Source of the DNA: Diadema antillarum
Taxonomy: Eukaryota
Direction of reading: 5' to 3'
Length of the DNA stretch: 64,000 bases
Assembly: GCF_040938485.1 (NCBI RefSeq)
Contig: NW_027271554.1
Coordinates: 1,426,001 to 1,490,000 of the forward strand
This document shows positions 51,371 through 60,622 of this stretch, piece by piece (position 1 is the stretch's first letter; each line of letters starts with the position of its first letter). The notes beneath the pieces were generated by a model, which made no database searches, was not told where the DNA came from, and was given only the letters and a program-made list of their open reading frames with translations. Position numbers and translations under genes: made by a program.

Positions 51371-52729
51371 CTGGCAAAAGATACAAAATATGAAAGCTGT
51401 CAATGGAAAAGTTTCACTGGTACAAGTATGTTAGGAAGCATCATTAAGTGTCTCAACATGGCTGGAAAGGAACTGTGTAAGATACAAATATGTGACCCGC
51501 TACAACAAAAGGATCTGAAAGTCGAAGGAGGTGGATTTTCTGAAAATGACATGACATTATTCCCTTACTCTTCTGCCGTAATTTCATATATACAATGTAA
51601 CACAACTCATAAAATTCATCGGTTGCGGAGATATTGATGATTTTATGAGAGCACGTCGAGCGGTCTAGGAAATCAGCATTTTGAGAAAACCGCCTTCAAA
51701 GTTTCTTTCTGATGCAATCGTGATCAAGGGGAGGTAAGACAGTTTACACCTCTTGACAATAGGTCTGCTCATAGCAACCTCCACAATGTTCAATCAAGCT
51801 TAGCACCAGCAGTTTACACACGACCAATCAGCAAACAGGATGCCACGCACTGACCAATAAGATCACTCCCTCGTTGCGAGGGGCAGAGTCTATCTGCAGC
51901 GTTAAATAAAAATCTTCGGCCAAGTTTCTGTTCCGTTGCATGTTGGAAAATCATGGCTCAGAAAAACATCAATTTCTCACCTTTCCTTTGATCATTTAAG
52001 CTTCAAAATTTCGGTAGATGATAGACAAAACATTAGACTACATTATCCTGAAAATAGAAATTCAATTATTTTGACAAATTCTGACGATCTGACTTCAAAC
52101 TCGATTTTCTCTGCTCAGCCATCAGCAACTTTCAGATCCTTTTGTCGTGGTGGGTCACATATCATCATCACTATCATCATCCTCAAGTCATCATCATTAT
52201 CGCTATTATCATTACTACAACTACTCCCCTTACTATTGCCTCCATTACCATTAATACTACTATATCATTGCTCTGATCATTTTCATCATCATAACTGTGA
52301 CATCAAGTATATTTCAGCTTTAGATTTAAGATACAGATTGTCAATAGCTTTCGTCCGTTTCCTCATCCCCATAAGCAAGAACATGCGCGGAGCACTGGGC
52401 TGAACGGACATGGTGCCAGCTGCATAGTGACTCGAGAAGGAGAATTAATCAACTGTTTTATTGTCATATTGTCACAAGCCTACCACAATGAACAAGGAGT
52501 CAAAAGTGCATAACCTAAATCACCTCCTCTCTCACAGATATGCATTACACACAAATACACAAAATGGGACAATGAACAATATACAGGATATGTTATTTAT
52601 GGAAATGGAAACGTGTGAAACAATAAAAGTATTTACAGGAAAATGACCTTAGTGTAAAAATAGTAAAGTGCACTTGGACTGTGTTGAAGAAATCAGTATG
52701 CTTGGTTCAGTCGCTGTTAGCAGTATTCT

Positions 52730-53075
52730 TTTGAGAACAAATGTGACAAAAGTGTCATTGTTCTTGTTTAAAGATGTTTGGAAACCATGAGGGGAAATGA
52801 GTCTCTGTTTAGAATGATGATGTCCATGAACATAGGCAAGGCTAAGCCGACTGAATCATCTGGGTTGTTTAAACAAAGTGTGGGAATGTCCTGAAGGTGA
52901 GGGGAATATTTTTGTGTTTTTACGACACCTTGAAAACAAAAGGGTCTCTGTTCAGAATGATAATGTCCATGAACGTGAGAAAGGCTATGCCCACTGAATC
53001 ATTCACAATGCAGCTTGTTGAAAAAGGTGAGTCAATGTCACAAAGGTGAGAAGAATATTATTGTGTTTGTTCTTA
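52730..53075. repeat. Diverged ~142-bp tandem duplication
   Basis: gtctctgtt.agaatgat.atgtccatgaac....aaggcta.gcc.actgaatcat at 52801 and 52943. Confidence 0.7.
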
Positions 53076-53911
53076 TTTCTTCAAATTCTAGTCATTTCTT
53101 TGACAGCATGCAGTAGCATATTTTAAAACCTTTGTGTGCCCATGTGCTCAGCGTAACTTGCCAGGCATTTTCATTGTCATTTAGTAAGCCATCAAAACTT
53201 AGCTTTATAATTGTAAAGTTAGCAAAGTGGATGGTGATTTGATTTGGGTTTATAGGTGGTTGGATGGTGTCGTATTTGTGCTGAGAAGTGGCCATTTTGG
53301 GTCAGGGAGCCTGGCAAGAGGTTAGGGTTGGGATGGGTGGAGGATGGGTTTGATGGGGGAGGGTCGATGTGGATGTAGTGGGCTAAATAGATGTTGGGGT
53401 TGTTAAGGGGGATGGGTAATGCCATGACTGAGCAGGGTGGTGGTGGTGGTTGGGGACAATGGTGATTGGGTGAGGTGGTAGATGGATAATGTGAGTTTTG
53501 GGTTGGGTAATGAGTTGACAAACAGTTGAATTGTGCTGGATCAGGCTGATCTTGCAGAGGTTGGGATAATGGGAGAGGATGAGGTTTGACAGACAAAGGC
53601 CTCATTTTAACGCCCAGGATCAGGGTAACTTTGAAGACATTATCTGGCAGAATGATCTGGCAGGTGGGGAGAAGGCTAACACAAACACCTGCTCACCACA
53701 GAACAGCTAACGAGGGCAAGTTTTGAGGTAAAGACGTCACAGTCAGTTCATCATCATCACATTCACCTGTTTACTTGACAGGGCAACCAACATCGTCATC
53801 TTGTGGTTACCTGAAGGATGGTTTGGCCTTATTTACCCAGGATAGCCTCCCTTTGAAGCTATCAGCACCCTTCCCTGCAGGCAGCTGCTAGTATCAGTAC
53901 CCTTCCTTTAA

Positions 53912-53996
53912 CCCACTGAAGACTGGTCCCGAGTATACTCGGGCAATTGTCTATGGGAAATGGATGTTACAGCAAAATCAGCCCGTCCTCAGTGGA
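53912..53996 (+). mobile_element. 85-bp piggyBac-like micro-MITE
   Basis: TTAA|CCCACTGAAGAC...cccgagtatactcggg...GTCCTCAGTGGA|TTAA. Confidence 0.75.
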
Positions 53997-54349
53997 TTAA
54001 CCAACGCTTAACACTGGCGATGGTCCCAGACTGGCGAAAGTCACGGATGGACTGGTAACTTTTCAAGAATCGCAACAGTTACTGGTCCGACATGACCGTT
54101 ACAACAAAAAATTATGATAACATCATTGTTGAGCCAGTCAAACCAACAGAACAAGACCGGTAAATTTTAGGATCCCACCAGTAAAAAAATGGAAAAACTG
54201 GGTATCTACTGGTCCAACAAAGATGGGTTGTACTAGTAGAAAAGGGGTTCTAGTGTGCAGCCCTGCTTTACTGCAACAATCATACCAACATCATGGTCAG
54301 CATGAGTATTGCAGGTAGATAAAAAGCCCGAAACTCAGTGATGTATGGA

Positions 54350-54634
54350 TAGGGCAGGAATTAAAGTTGGGATCTCTTCTTGTTTGAGACTCCCATAACT
54401 CTCTCTATCTCTGTACGGCATCCAACTATTCTATTGTAAGTTCGATGTATTGAGTGGCCCATATTCCTACAAGCTTGTCTTCTATATGGGTCCCTCTTTT
54501 CCATTAACGCAATTATTTTGAACGATCAGTTCCATATATGCAATTCTTTTGTTGTAATACAATGTGTTTTTTTTAATATGTATCGATAACAAACGTGTGT
54601 TATTGGAAATAAGATTTATTTGAATTGAATTGAA
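54350..54634 (+). mobile_element. Probable 3' end of a non-LTR retroelement with (TGAAT)n tail
   Basis: UTR-like sequence ending aaataagatttatttgaattgaattgaa; no RT ORF recognisable. Confidence 0.35.
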
Positions 54635-55734
54635 CAGTATTCCCTCTTCCAGTACATAAATCTAGAACTACACGTTTAGAAGAGTTACCATCCCTATTAG
54701 CCCATCTTGGGAGTTTGAGTCAGAATTTGGCAACTAAGACGTAGACTGTCCATGAACCTCGGCTGAAAACAAAGAATGAAAGGGGCACACAAGCAAAAGA
54801 CTGGGTGTGGCACACAAAACCAGCTCATCATAACCTACCAGTCAAGGATACAAACTTTGATGACCCATTTTACTCTGTTTTCCGATTCTCATCTCTTATC
54901 ATATCTCTGCACATCATTGGCACTGTTTTTTTCTTTTTTTTACTTTAAGAACAAAACAAGAAGCGGTTGATAATATCAACCGACTGAAATTAGATAGTCA
55001 AGAGTGTGTACTGATCGCCCACTTATTTGTTTCGTATGTGTCAATCATGCATATCAAAAGGTTTGCAGCGAAAAACAAATATTGCTGCTCCATTGTCAGC
55101 ATTACAGTAGACGGCATGCTATTGTTAAGATAGAGAAATATGGGTAATATCTGTCAATACAATGAATAACTCCCCCTCCCCCCCCCCCCATAAAAAAAAA
55201 AAAGAGAGGAAAAAACTACTATTGGCCTATTGTGCAATTTTGTAAAACTTGAGAATGATCCAGGCATCTTTGTGAAAGGTGCCAGGAATGTGAAATCAAA
55301 GCCTAGAATAAGACCTTGACATGTAACAGGGGTTTAATAAACACCATGATTATTACTCAGGTTTTTACTTAATTAACCCCTGTGTTTAAAACACAAATGT
55401 GTGATGTCTGCTGTTATCATGTCTGCTAAAGCACAGACTTTTCCTACTGATTAAGATGTCCCAAAACTCGTTGAAATGTGAGAGAATGATGCCAGACAAA
55501 TGATGCATGGGTGACAGTGCGTTAGTGGAGATGCAGTGCACTGGAGGGTATTTACAATGGTCTTCTTTTCTTTTCTTCTCGAGTCACTACACAAGTCCTG
55601 TCCAGTGCAGAGCGCAGGATCTGGCTTTGGTGTTGAAAGTCTCCAGATCATTTACAATGGTGCAACATGCGCAAGGTGCAGCCAACAGCATGTTGCATGA
55701 TTTGTGAATACCTTTGATTTCAGTTTATTTATTT

Positions 55735-55895
55735 TATATATTTTTTATATTCTTATATATGTTTTTGTTCATTTATCTTTTATTTTTTCTTCATATTCCA
55801 ATGTTCTCACATCTACTCATGTAAAAAGTCTGTAATTCAGCCTGCGGGCTGCTAGAGATGTTGCTTAATAAAAAATACCTTTTCATTCATTCATT
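55735..55895 (+). mobile_element. Probable L2/CR1-type LINE or SINE 3' end
   Basis: Terminal stem-loop cagcctgcgggctg (55838-55851), AATAAA at 55867, then a (CATT)n tail. Confidence 0.5.
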
Positions 55896-56281
55896 TAATG
55901 TCACAAGCTTAAACCTGTGCAATATTTGTTACAAAAATAGGTCGATGAACTATCATGTCAGCTGGAAAACTCTTTGATCCCTCTTTCATCAGCTGTACAG
56001 ACGACCATGTGAATCAAAGCAACTAATTGGGTTACTCTATAATCTTCCAGTGGAAGATGTGTAGTGCAGTTTGGTTTCTCATTGCTGTGCACTTTTTGCA
56101 CTCAGGTGCTTTTTGGCACAAAAAAAAAAAAAAAAAAAAAATGAAGAAGGCACTCATGACTCATGTCAGCATTTAGGGTTGGCTACATTCTTGTACCAAT
56201 TCTATAATATTCAATTATTTCACCCCGTCATATTACAATAGTCTTGATGTGGGACTGTTACATCTTTAATGAAACTTTTAA

Positions 56282-56366
56282 CCCGTTGAGGACGAGTCCC
56301 GAGTATACTCGGGCAAGTGCTTATGGGAAATGTGTGTTGTAGCAAAATCAGCCCGTACTCAACAGG
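56282..56366 (+). mobile_element. 85-bp piggyBac-like micro-MITE
   Basis: TTAA|CCCGTTGAGGACG...CGTACTCAACAGG|TTAA; internal palindrome cccgagtatactcggg. Confidence 0.8.
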
Positions 56367-56403
56367 TTAATGGGATTGTCTACTCAATAGTACATAATAT
56401 TAA

Positions 56404-56491
56404 CCCATAGAGGACAAGCAGACTTGATTTGCTATAACATGCATTTCCCATTGACACCTCTCTGGTATACTCAAGAGTAGCCTTCAATGGG
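56404..56491 (-). mobile_element. 88-bp piggyBac-like micro-MITE, inverted relative to 56282-56366
   Basis: TTAA|CCCATAGAGG ... CCTTCAATGGG|TTAA; the interior (gatttgctataac..atttccca) is the reverse complement of the neighbouring copy. Confidence 0.72.
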
Positions 56492-56647
56492 TTAAACAGA
56501 GTTTAGGGAGACATTGGTCTGATGTCACAGATATAATACAACAAATTGAAACTAAAGTGCACTAGCCCTAGAAGGGTAAGGGTGACAGTTCACATGAACT
56601 CTTATAACTTCACAGCCCAAGTGTGGTGCCCCCTTTTGGTCACTCAC

Positions 56648-56782
56648 TGAATAACGCCAGCTGCCCGATGGTTCCAGCGCTGTTGTACTGCACATCCCGA
56701 CTGGGCGAGCACGCGGCCAGGTTGACCAGACGACTGAAGACCCGTCCGTCACCAATCCCCAGGAGCACTCGCTTGGCCTCGT
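56648..56782 (-). CDS. VAC8: Vac8-like exon: (D)EAKRVLLGIGDGRVFSRLVNLAACSPSRDVQYNSAGTIGQLALF
   Basis: Acceptor gctgtgttccag| and donor TTCA|gtgagt; 135 nt, phase 1 to 1. The correct frame is not in the ORF track. Resembles Vac8 SPSxEVQGNSAAALGNLS (recalled). Confidence 0.87.
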
Positions 56783-57745
56783 CTGGAACACAGCGCAAAC
56801 AATTGAAAATTTTTATGATCAGGATGGTTTATCGCAACTGATTGGCTAATTGCCCAATGTCAACATAAATGAACATCAATCATTGGGTGTTTGAGTAGCA
56901 GCCATGATAGAGAAATCCTGAGCACACATACTTGGTTAACACTCAAACCAACAAGAGTACAAGAGTATGTATGCCTGTGATATTTCATTATAGCTCAAAC
57001 ACTGAATAATAGGTGTTCATTTACATCAATGTGGGGCAATTTGTCAATCAGCTCCAATAAGAACAACTCGACACAAGAATTACTACCGGTAATTATTCAA
57101 AATTAGGACGGTTTATCGGACAACATGGCAAATTCACAGCATCATGAGAAATTACATAGTCTGTAATTACAAATGTACATGGTCATACATAGCTTTGACC
57201 ATAATTTTAAAATAGTGACATAAGTACATATCAATAAAGGAGCACGTTTGAACAGGGAACCCAAGTCTTACAATACAAATGGCAAGCCTGTAGATAGATA
57301 ATTAGGAATGTAATATGTATATAATGAATTGACACGGTGACACAAGTACGTGTACAGGGCAGTCAAACTTACTCAGTTCTACAGGTCTCATGGCAAACTC
57401 AATCCTATGATCTACACGACTTTGCCGTAGTGTAACTTTCATCTCTTCACATATTGCGCATATTGCACAAACTGTTAATCTATTGATTCGCACAATTTGC
57501 AATCGTGTGAAAACTATGTACTGCACAATGCCCACAGCGTAGCAAAGTGCAAAGATGCATCCATGGACTGACTTGTTACTGACTCAAATATCATCAAATC
57601 ACCTTAATTTTCATCTCTTCAAATGAGACCACAAATTGACGTTGCAGTTACAGGAAAGAGAGATATTGTAGTTACAGAATTCTTCTTCTGCTTCATGATC
57701 ACTGAAAGAACTTTGTCCTGTGAGGTAATTTATTTGACAGTCTCT

Positions 57746-58207
57746 GGCTGCATTTATCAACTTTCCCCTGTTTAAACGGCTTTCAAAAGCTGTTTCCAAA
57801 GCCCTTTCCAAAGCCGTTTCCAAAGCCCTTTAGAAACGGCTTCCAAAATAGTTGCGTTTATCAACTCTTTGCAAACACAATAACTGGCCTGTCACTGCAC
57901 AGCTGCATTGTGCAATTCCACCCGGGGAGAAGAGGTCATTAAGGCGTGCATTGTTCGTAACTGCAGTATAATACCACAAAGCCGTTTCAAAACAGCTTTG
58001 CGTTTATCAACTTCAAAAGGCTTTTACAAACAGGTTTCTGAAAACCTGTTTAGGAAACCTGTTTGGAAAGCCACAAATTTGCGGCTTTCGAAAAGGCTTT
58101 CCGAAAGGGCTTTCAAAACAGCTTTGCGTTTATCAACTCGTAAAAATTCCTTGAAAGCTGTTTGGAAAACCTGTTTCTGCTCAGAAAAAGAGTTGATAAA
58201 CGCACCC
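57746..58207. mobile_element. PIF/Harbinger-like MITE with internal short repeats
   Basis: GGCTGCATTTATCAACTT ... GAGTTGATAAACGCACCC (15/18 inverted match), TCT on both flanks; internal gcgtttatcaact and tttccaaagcc repeats. Confidence 0.75.
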
Positions 58208-58375
58208 TCTGTTGTACCAATTGACTGTTTTCGCACAGGCGGATCACCAATCTGTTCGTTCTCTGTGGACAGGGAAAAAGAATCTTGTTTGGGGGCACTG
58301 AAGACTCTTGGAGAATTGTGGGAGGAATGGGTCAACAATCATGGGAGTTGCATTGGCCTTCACCGGCCACCTTAC

Positions 58376-58490
58376 CGTGTCCAGCAATGATGGCCAGGGC
58401 TGCGGTCACTTCCGTCTGGACGCTAGCTGGAGAGGTGGACTCAAGGAACACGGTGATTAGTCCGTCAAGGGCACCCGAAGTGAGAATCAT
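58376..58490 (-). CDS. VAC8: Vac8-like exon: MILTSGALDGLITVFLESTSPASVQTEVTAALAIIAGH(D)
   Basis: Acceptor tgtttgaatgtcag| and donor CACG|gtaagg; 115 nt, phase 0 to 1. Resembles Vac8 VQSEMTACVAVLALSDE (recalled). Confidence 0.87.
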
Positions 58491-58598
58491 CTGACATTCA
58501 AACAAATAGATCAACATTCAACACCATTTATGAAATCTGTGTCTTTAATATATGCAACACACATTATGTCTGCCTCAGAGTTATGTATGAGCCTTCTC

Positions 58599-58880
58599 TT
58601 ATTACCTCCGCCACGCAGGATATGTTTTTGCTTGTGTTGGTTTGTTTGTTTGTCTGGGTGCAAAATAACTCAAAAAGTTGAGAACGGATTTAGATGAAAC
58701 CGGCAGGAAAAATTGATAATGACACAAGGAATAGATGATTAAATTTTGCCAGTGATCCAAGAATTTTTATGAATTTTTAAGAGACTTTTTATTTCTTGGC
58801 ATATATGGTCAATGAACTTGGGAGTTCAAGCTGCGCATATTTGAAGTTTGTGTACAGGCGCTAAAGTGCATGTTCTGCTC
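58599..58880 (+). mobile_element. 3'-truncated Helentron/DINE-like element
   Basis: ttattacctccgcca start, (gttt)n microsatellite, and body colinear with 59078-59420. Confidence 0.72.
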
Positions 58881-58898
58881 AAGGCTCTGCAACCTTAC

Positions 58899-59024
58899 CG
58901 ATGTCTTACTCCCGGCTGCCAGGTTGCGTAACGTTCCGGCGGCGTGGCAGTGAGCGTCCCACAGCATTGGCTGCCTCAGCACCACCGCAATCTCCTCCAG
59001 GAATCCGTGCTCCAAGATGGGGAT
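58899..59024 (-). CDS. VAC8: Vac8-like exon: IPILEHGFLEEIAVVLRQPMLWDAHCHAAGTLRNLAAGSKTS
   Basis: Acceptor cttcctctggtcccag| and donor TCG|gtaagg; 126 nt, phase 0 to 0, in frame with neighbours. Resembles Vac8 SPIIESGFL...QCHAISTLRNLAAS (recalled). Confidence 0.88.
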
Positions 59025-59077
59025 CTGGGACCAGAGGAAGAAGGTGCACAAAAACCAGATCATCCCCAAATTATTAC

Positions 59078-59628
59078 TTTATTACCTCCGCCAAGGGAGG
59101 AGGTTATGTTTTCGTTACCGTTGGTTTGTTTGTTAGTTCGTTCATTAGTTAGTTAGTTAGTTACTTAGTTAGTTTGTTAGTTAGTTAGTTTGTCCGTGTG
59201 CAAAATAACTCAAAAAGTAGTTGACAGATTGGGATGAAACTTGCAGGAAAGGTTGAGAATGACACAAGTAACAAACAATTAACTTTTGGTAGTGATCCGA
59301 GGATTTTGGGGGAATTTATGAAGGATTTTTGATATTTTGGCAGGTAGGGTCAATGAACTTGGGAGTTCAGGCTGCGCGTATTTGAGGTTTGCCTGCGCGC
59401 ACTAAAGAGCGTGCTCTAGTTTCTGCTGGGGTGAGGCGCACTGTGCAGCTGAGGGTTTATGACGTAACAAAGGCTTCAATATTGGGAAATCAGGCAACTT
59501 TTCAGCACACAATGCTACAAGTATGTATGGGTGAAAATCACTGATATCTCTATGGAAGAACAAGATCAGTGGTGAAAATGATTTGCATGCTTGGCGGAGG
59601 TCTGCGCTCTCAGAGTGCTTCTCTAGTT
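59078..59628 (+). mobile_element. Apparently complete Helentron/DINE-1-like element (HINE)
   Basis: 5' subTIR acctccgccaag, adjacent inverted ggaggt, (gtta/gttt)n microsatellite, 3' subTIR cttggcggaggt, 3' hairpin gcgctctcagagtgc, and end tagtt followed by a T-run. Confidence 0.82.
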
Positions 59629-59899
59629 ACTTTTTTTTTCCTTTTTTTTTTTTGCTGGATCAGAATTTTGCTTCTAACAATGGAAGTCTCTAGTGAGTTG
59701 CATCCATAAAAAAAAAGGAGAACTTGCCAAACACGCCTACAGTGTACTTGCTCCAGCCTGTGTCATAGGGACCACTAGAAGAGCAAAAAGAGCTAAAAAC
59801 ACACTTTTGCCTGCAGCAAACAACCATTCTAACAATTGATGCTACATTGTTCTTTTAACTCACTAAAGCAGGCCTGAATGCACACGTTTCTGTACTTAA

Positions 59900-60262
59900 A
59901 GGGATAGTATTGGTGGAGATGAGGATTGGGCTTTTAACTTTTTGCCAGATACCACAAACCACTTCTGAAATAGTACAGAACATACCATCTATACAAGGAA
60001 TTCAAAGTTTATTTTGGAACGGCTGAGGCATCCAAAAACAAAGTAAAATAAAGAGATCGTAATAAAATGTGGGTCCCATCTTTCATGAGGATCGCTCTGT
60101 TTTTGATATCTCAGCCATCTCAAGACCAATTTTCATCAAATAAACATTGAATTCCTCTTGGAATTACATGTTCTTTCATAATTGATTTAAGAGGTTTCTC
60201 GTATCTCATACAAAAATATTAGAAACCCGAAGATGGGTCTCAACCAAAACTATACAATCCCT
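59900..60262. mobile_element. Kolobok-like TTAA MITE
   Basis: TTAA|AGGGAT ... ATCCCT|TTAA; homologous to 29764-30014. Confidence 0.8.
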
Positions 60263-60488
60263 TTAACTTGAGCGTTCATGACAAATCCTTCCTTGTCTAT
60301 TTCAATCACAACATAACTCTTCTGTGTACACATTTTCACACTGCCTTAACAAGTTTTCCCCATTGTCACCAATATGACTAAATAATAATGCTAATAAATA
60401 ACACTGTATGTAATGCTTCATACACTTAAGAATGAAGAGGACAATGAACTTTGAGTCACATGACCACCAGTTGAGAGAATACCATTAC

Positions 60489-60622
60489 CTCATTGAGTCT
60501 GTGGATGGACAAATTGCGTAACGCGGCGATGGCAGCTGACAGCGTCTCCTTTGAGCTGTTCCTGATGATGGACAGTAGAGGGGGTAATCCGTTGAGCTTC
60601 ACAATGGCTACCTGATTCTCAT
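60489..60622 (-). CDS. VAC8: Vac8-like armadillo-repeat protein, first exon visible in window: (D)ENQVAIVKLNGLPPLLSIIRNSSKETLSAAIAALRNLSIHRLNE
   Basis: Acceptor ttttctctgacag|AT and donor GAG|gtaatg; 134 nt, phase 1 to 0. ARM motif AALRNLSIH..NE resembles fungal Vac8 (ACVRNVSIHPQNE, recalled). The symbol means 'Vac8-like'. Confidence 0.88.

Noticed and set aside
50361-51393. ORFs of 210-315 aa in several frames
   Set aside because: Artefacts of the N-gap and CAT repeats; the isolated 'atg' at 50906 inside the Ns is not interpretable.
57760-58170. Short interspersed direct repeats resembling a CRISPR-like array
   Set aside because: Irregular spacing, no unique spacers, enclosed by TIRs and a 3-bp TSD; these are internal repeats of a MITE in a eukaryotic intron.
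58905-58912. Alternative donor GGGA|gtaaga in the Vac8-like exon
   Set aside because: Phase 1; joined to the 58490 acceptor it reaches a stop within 9 codons, whereas the phase-0 donor at 58898 keeps the ARM frame.
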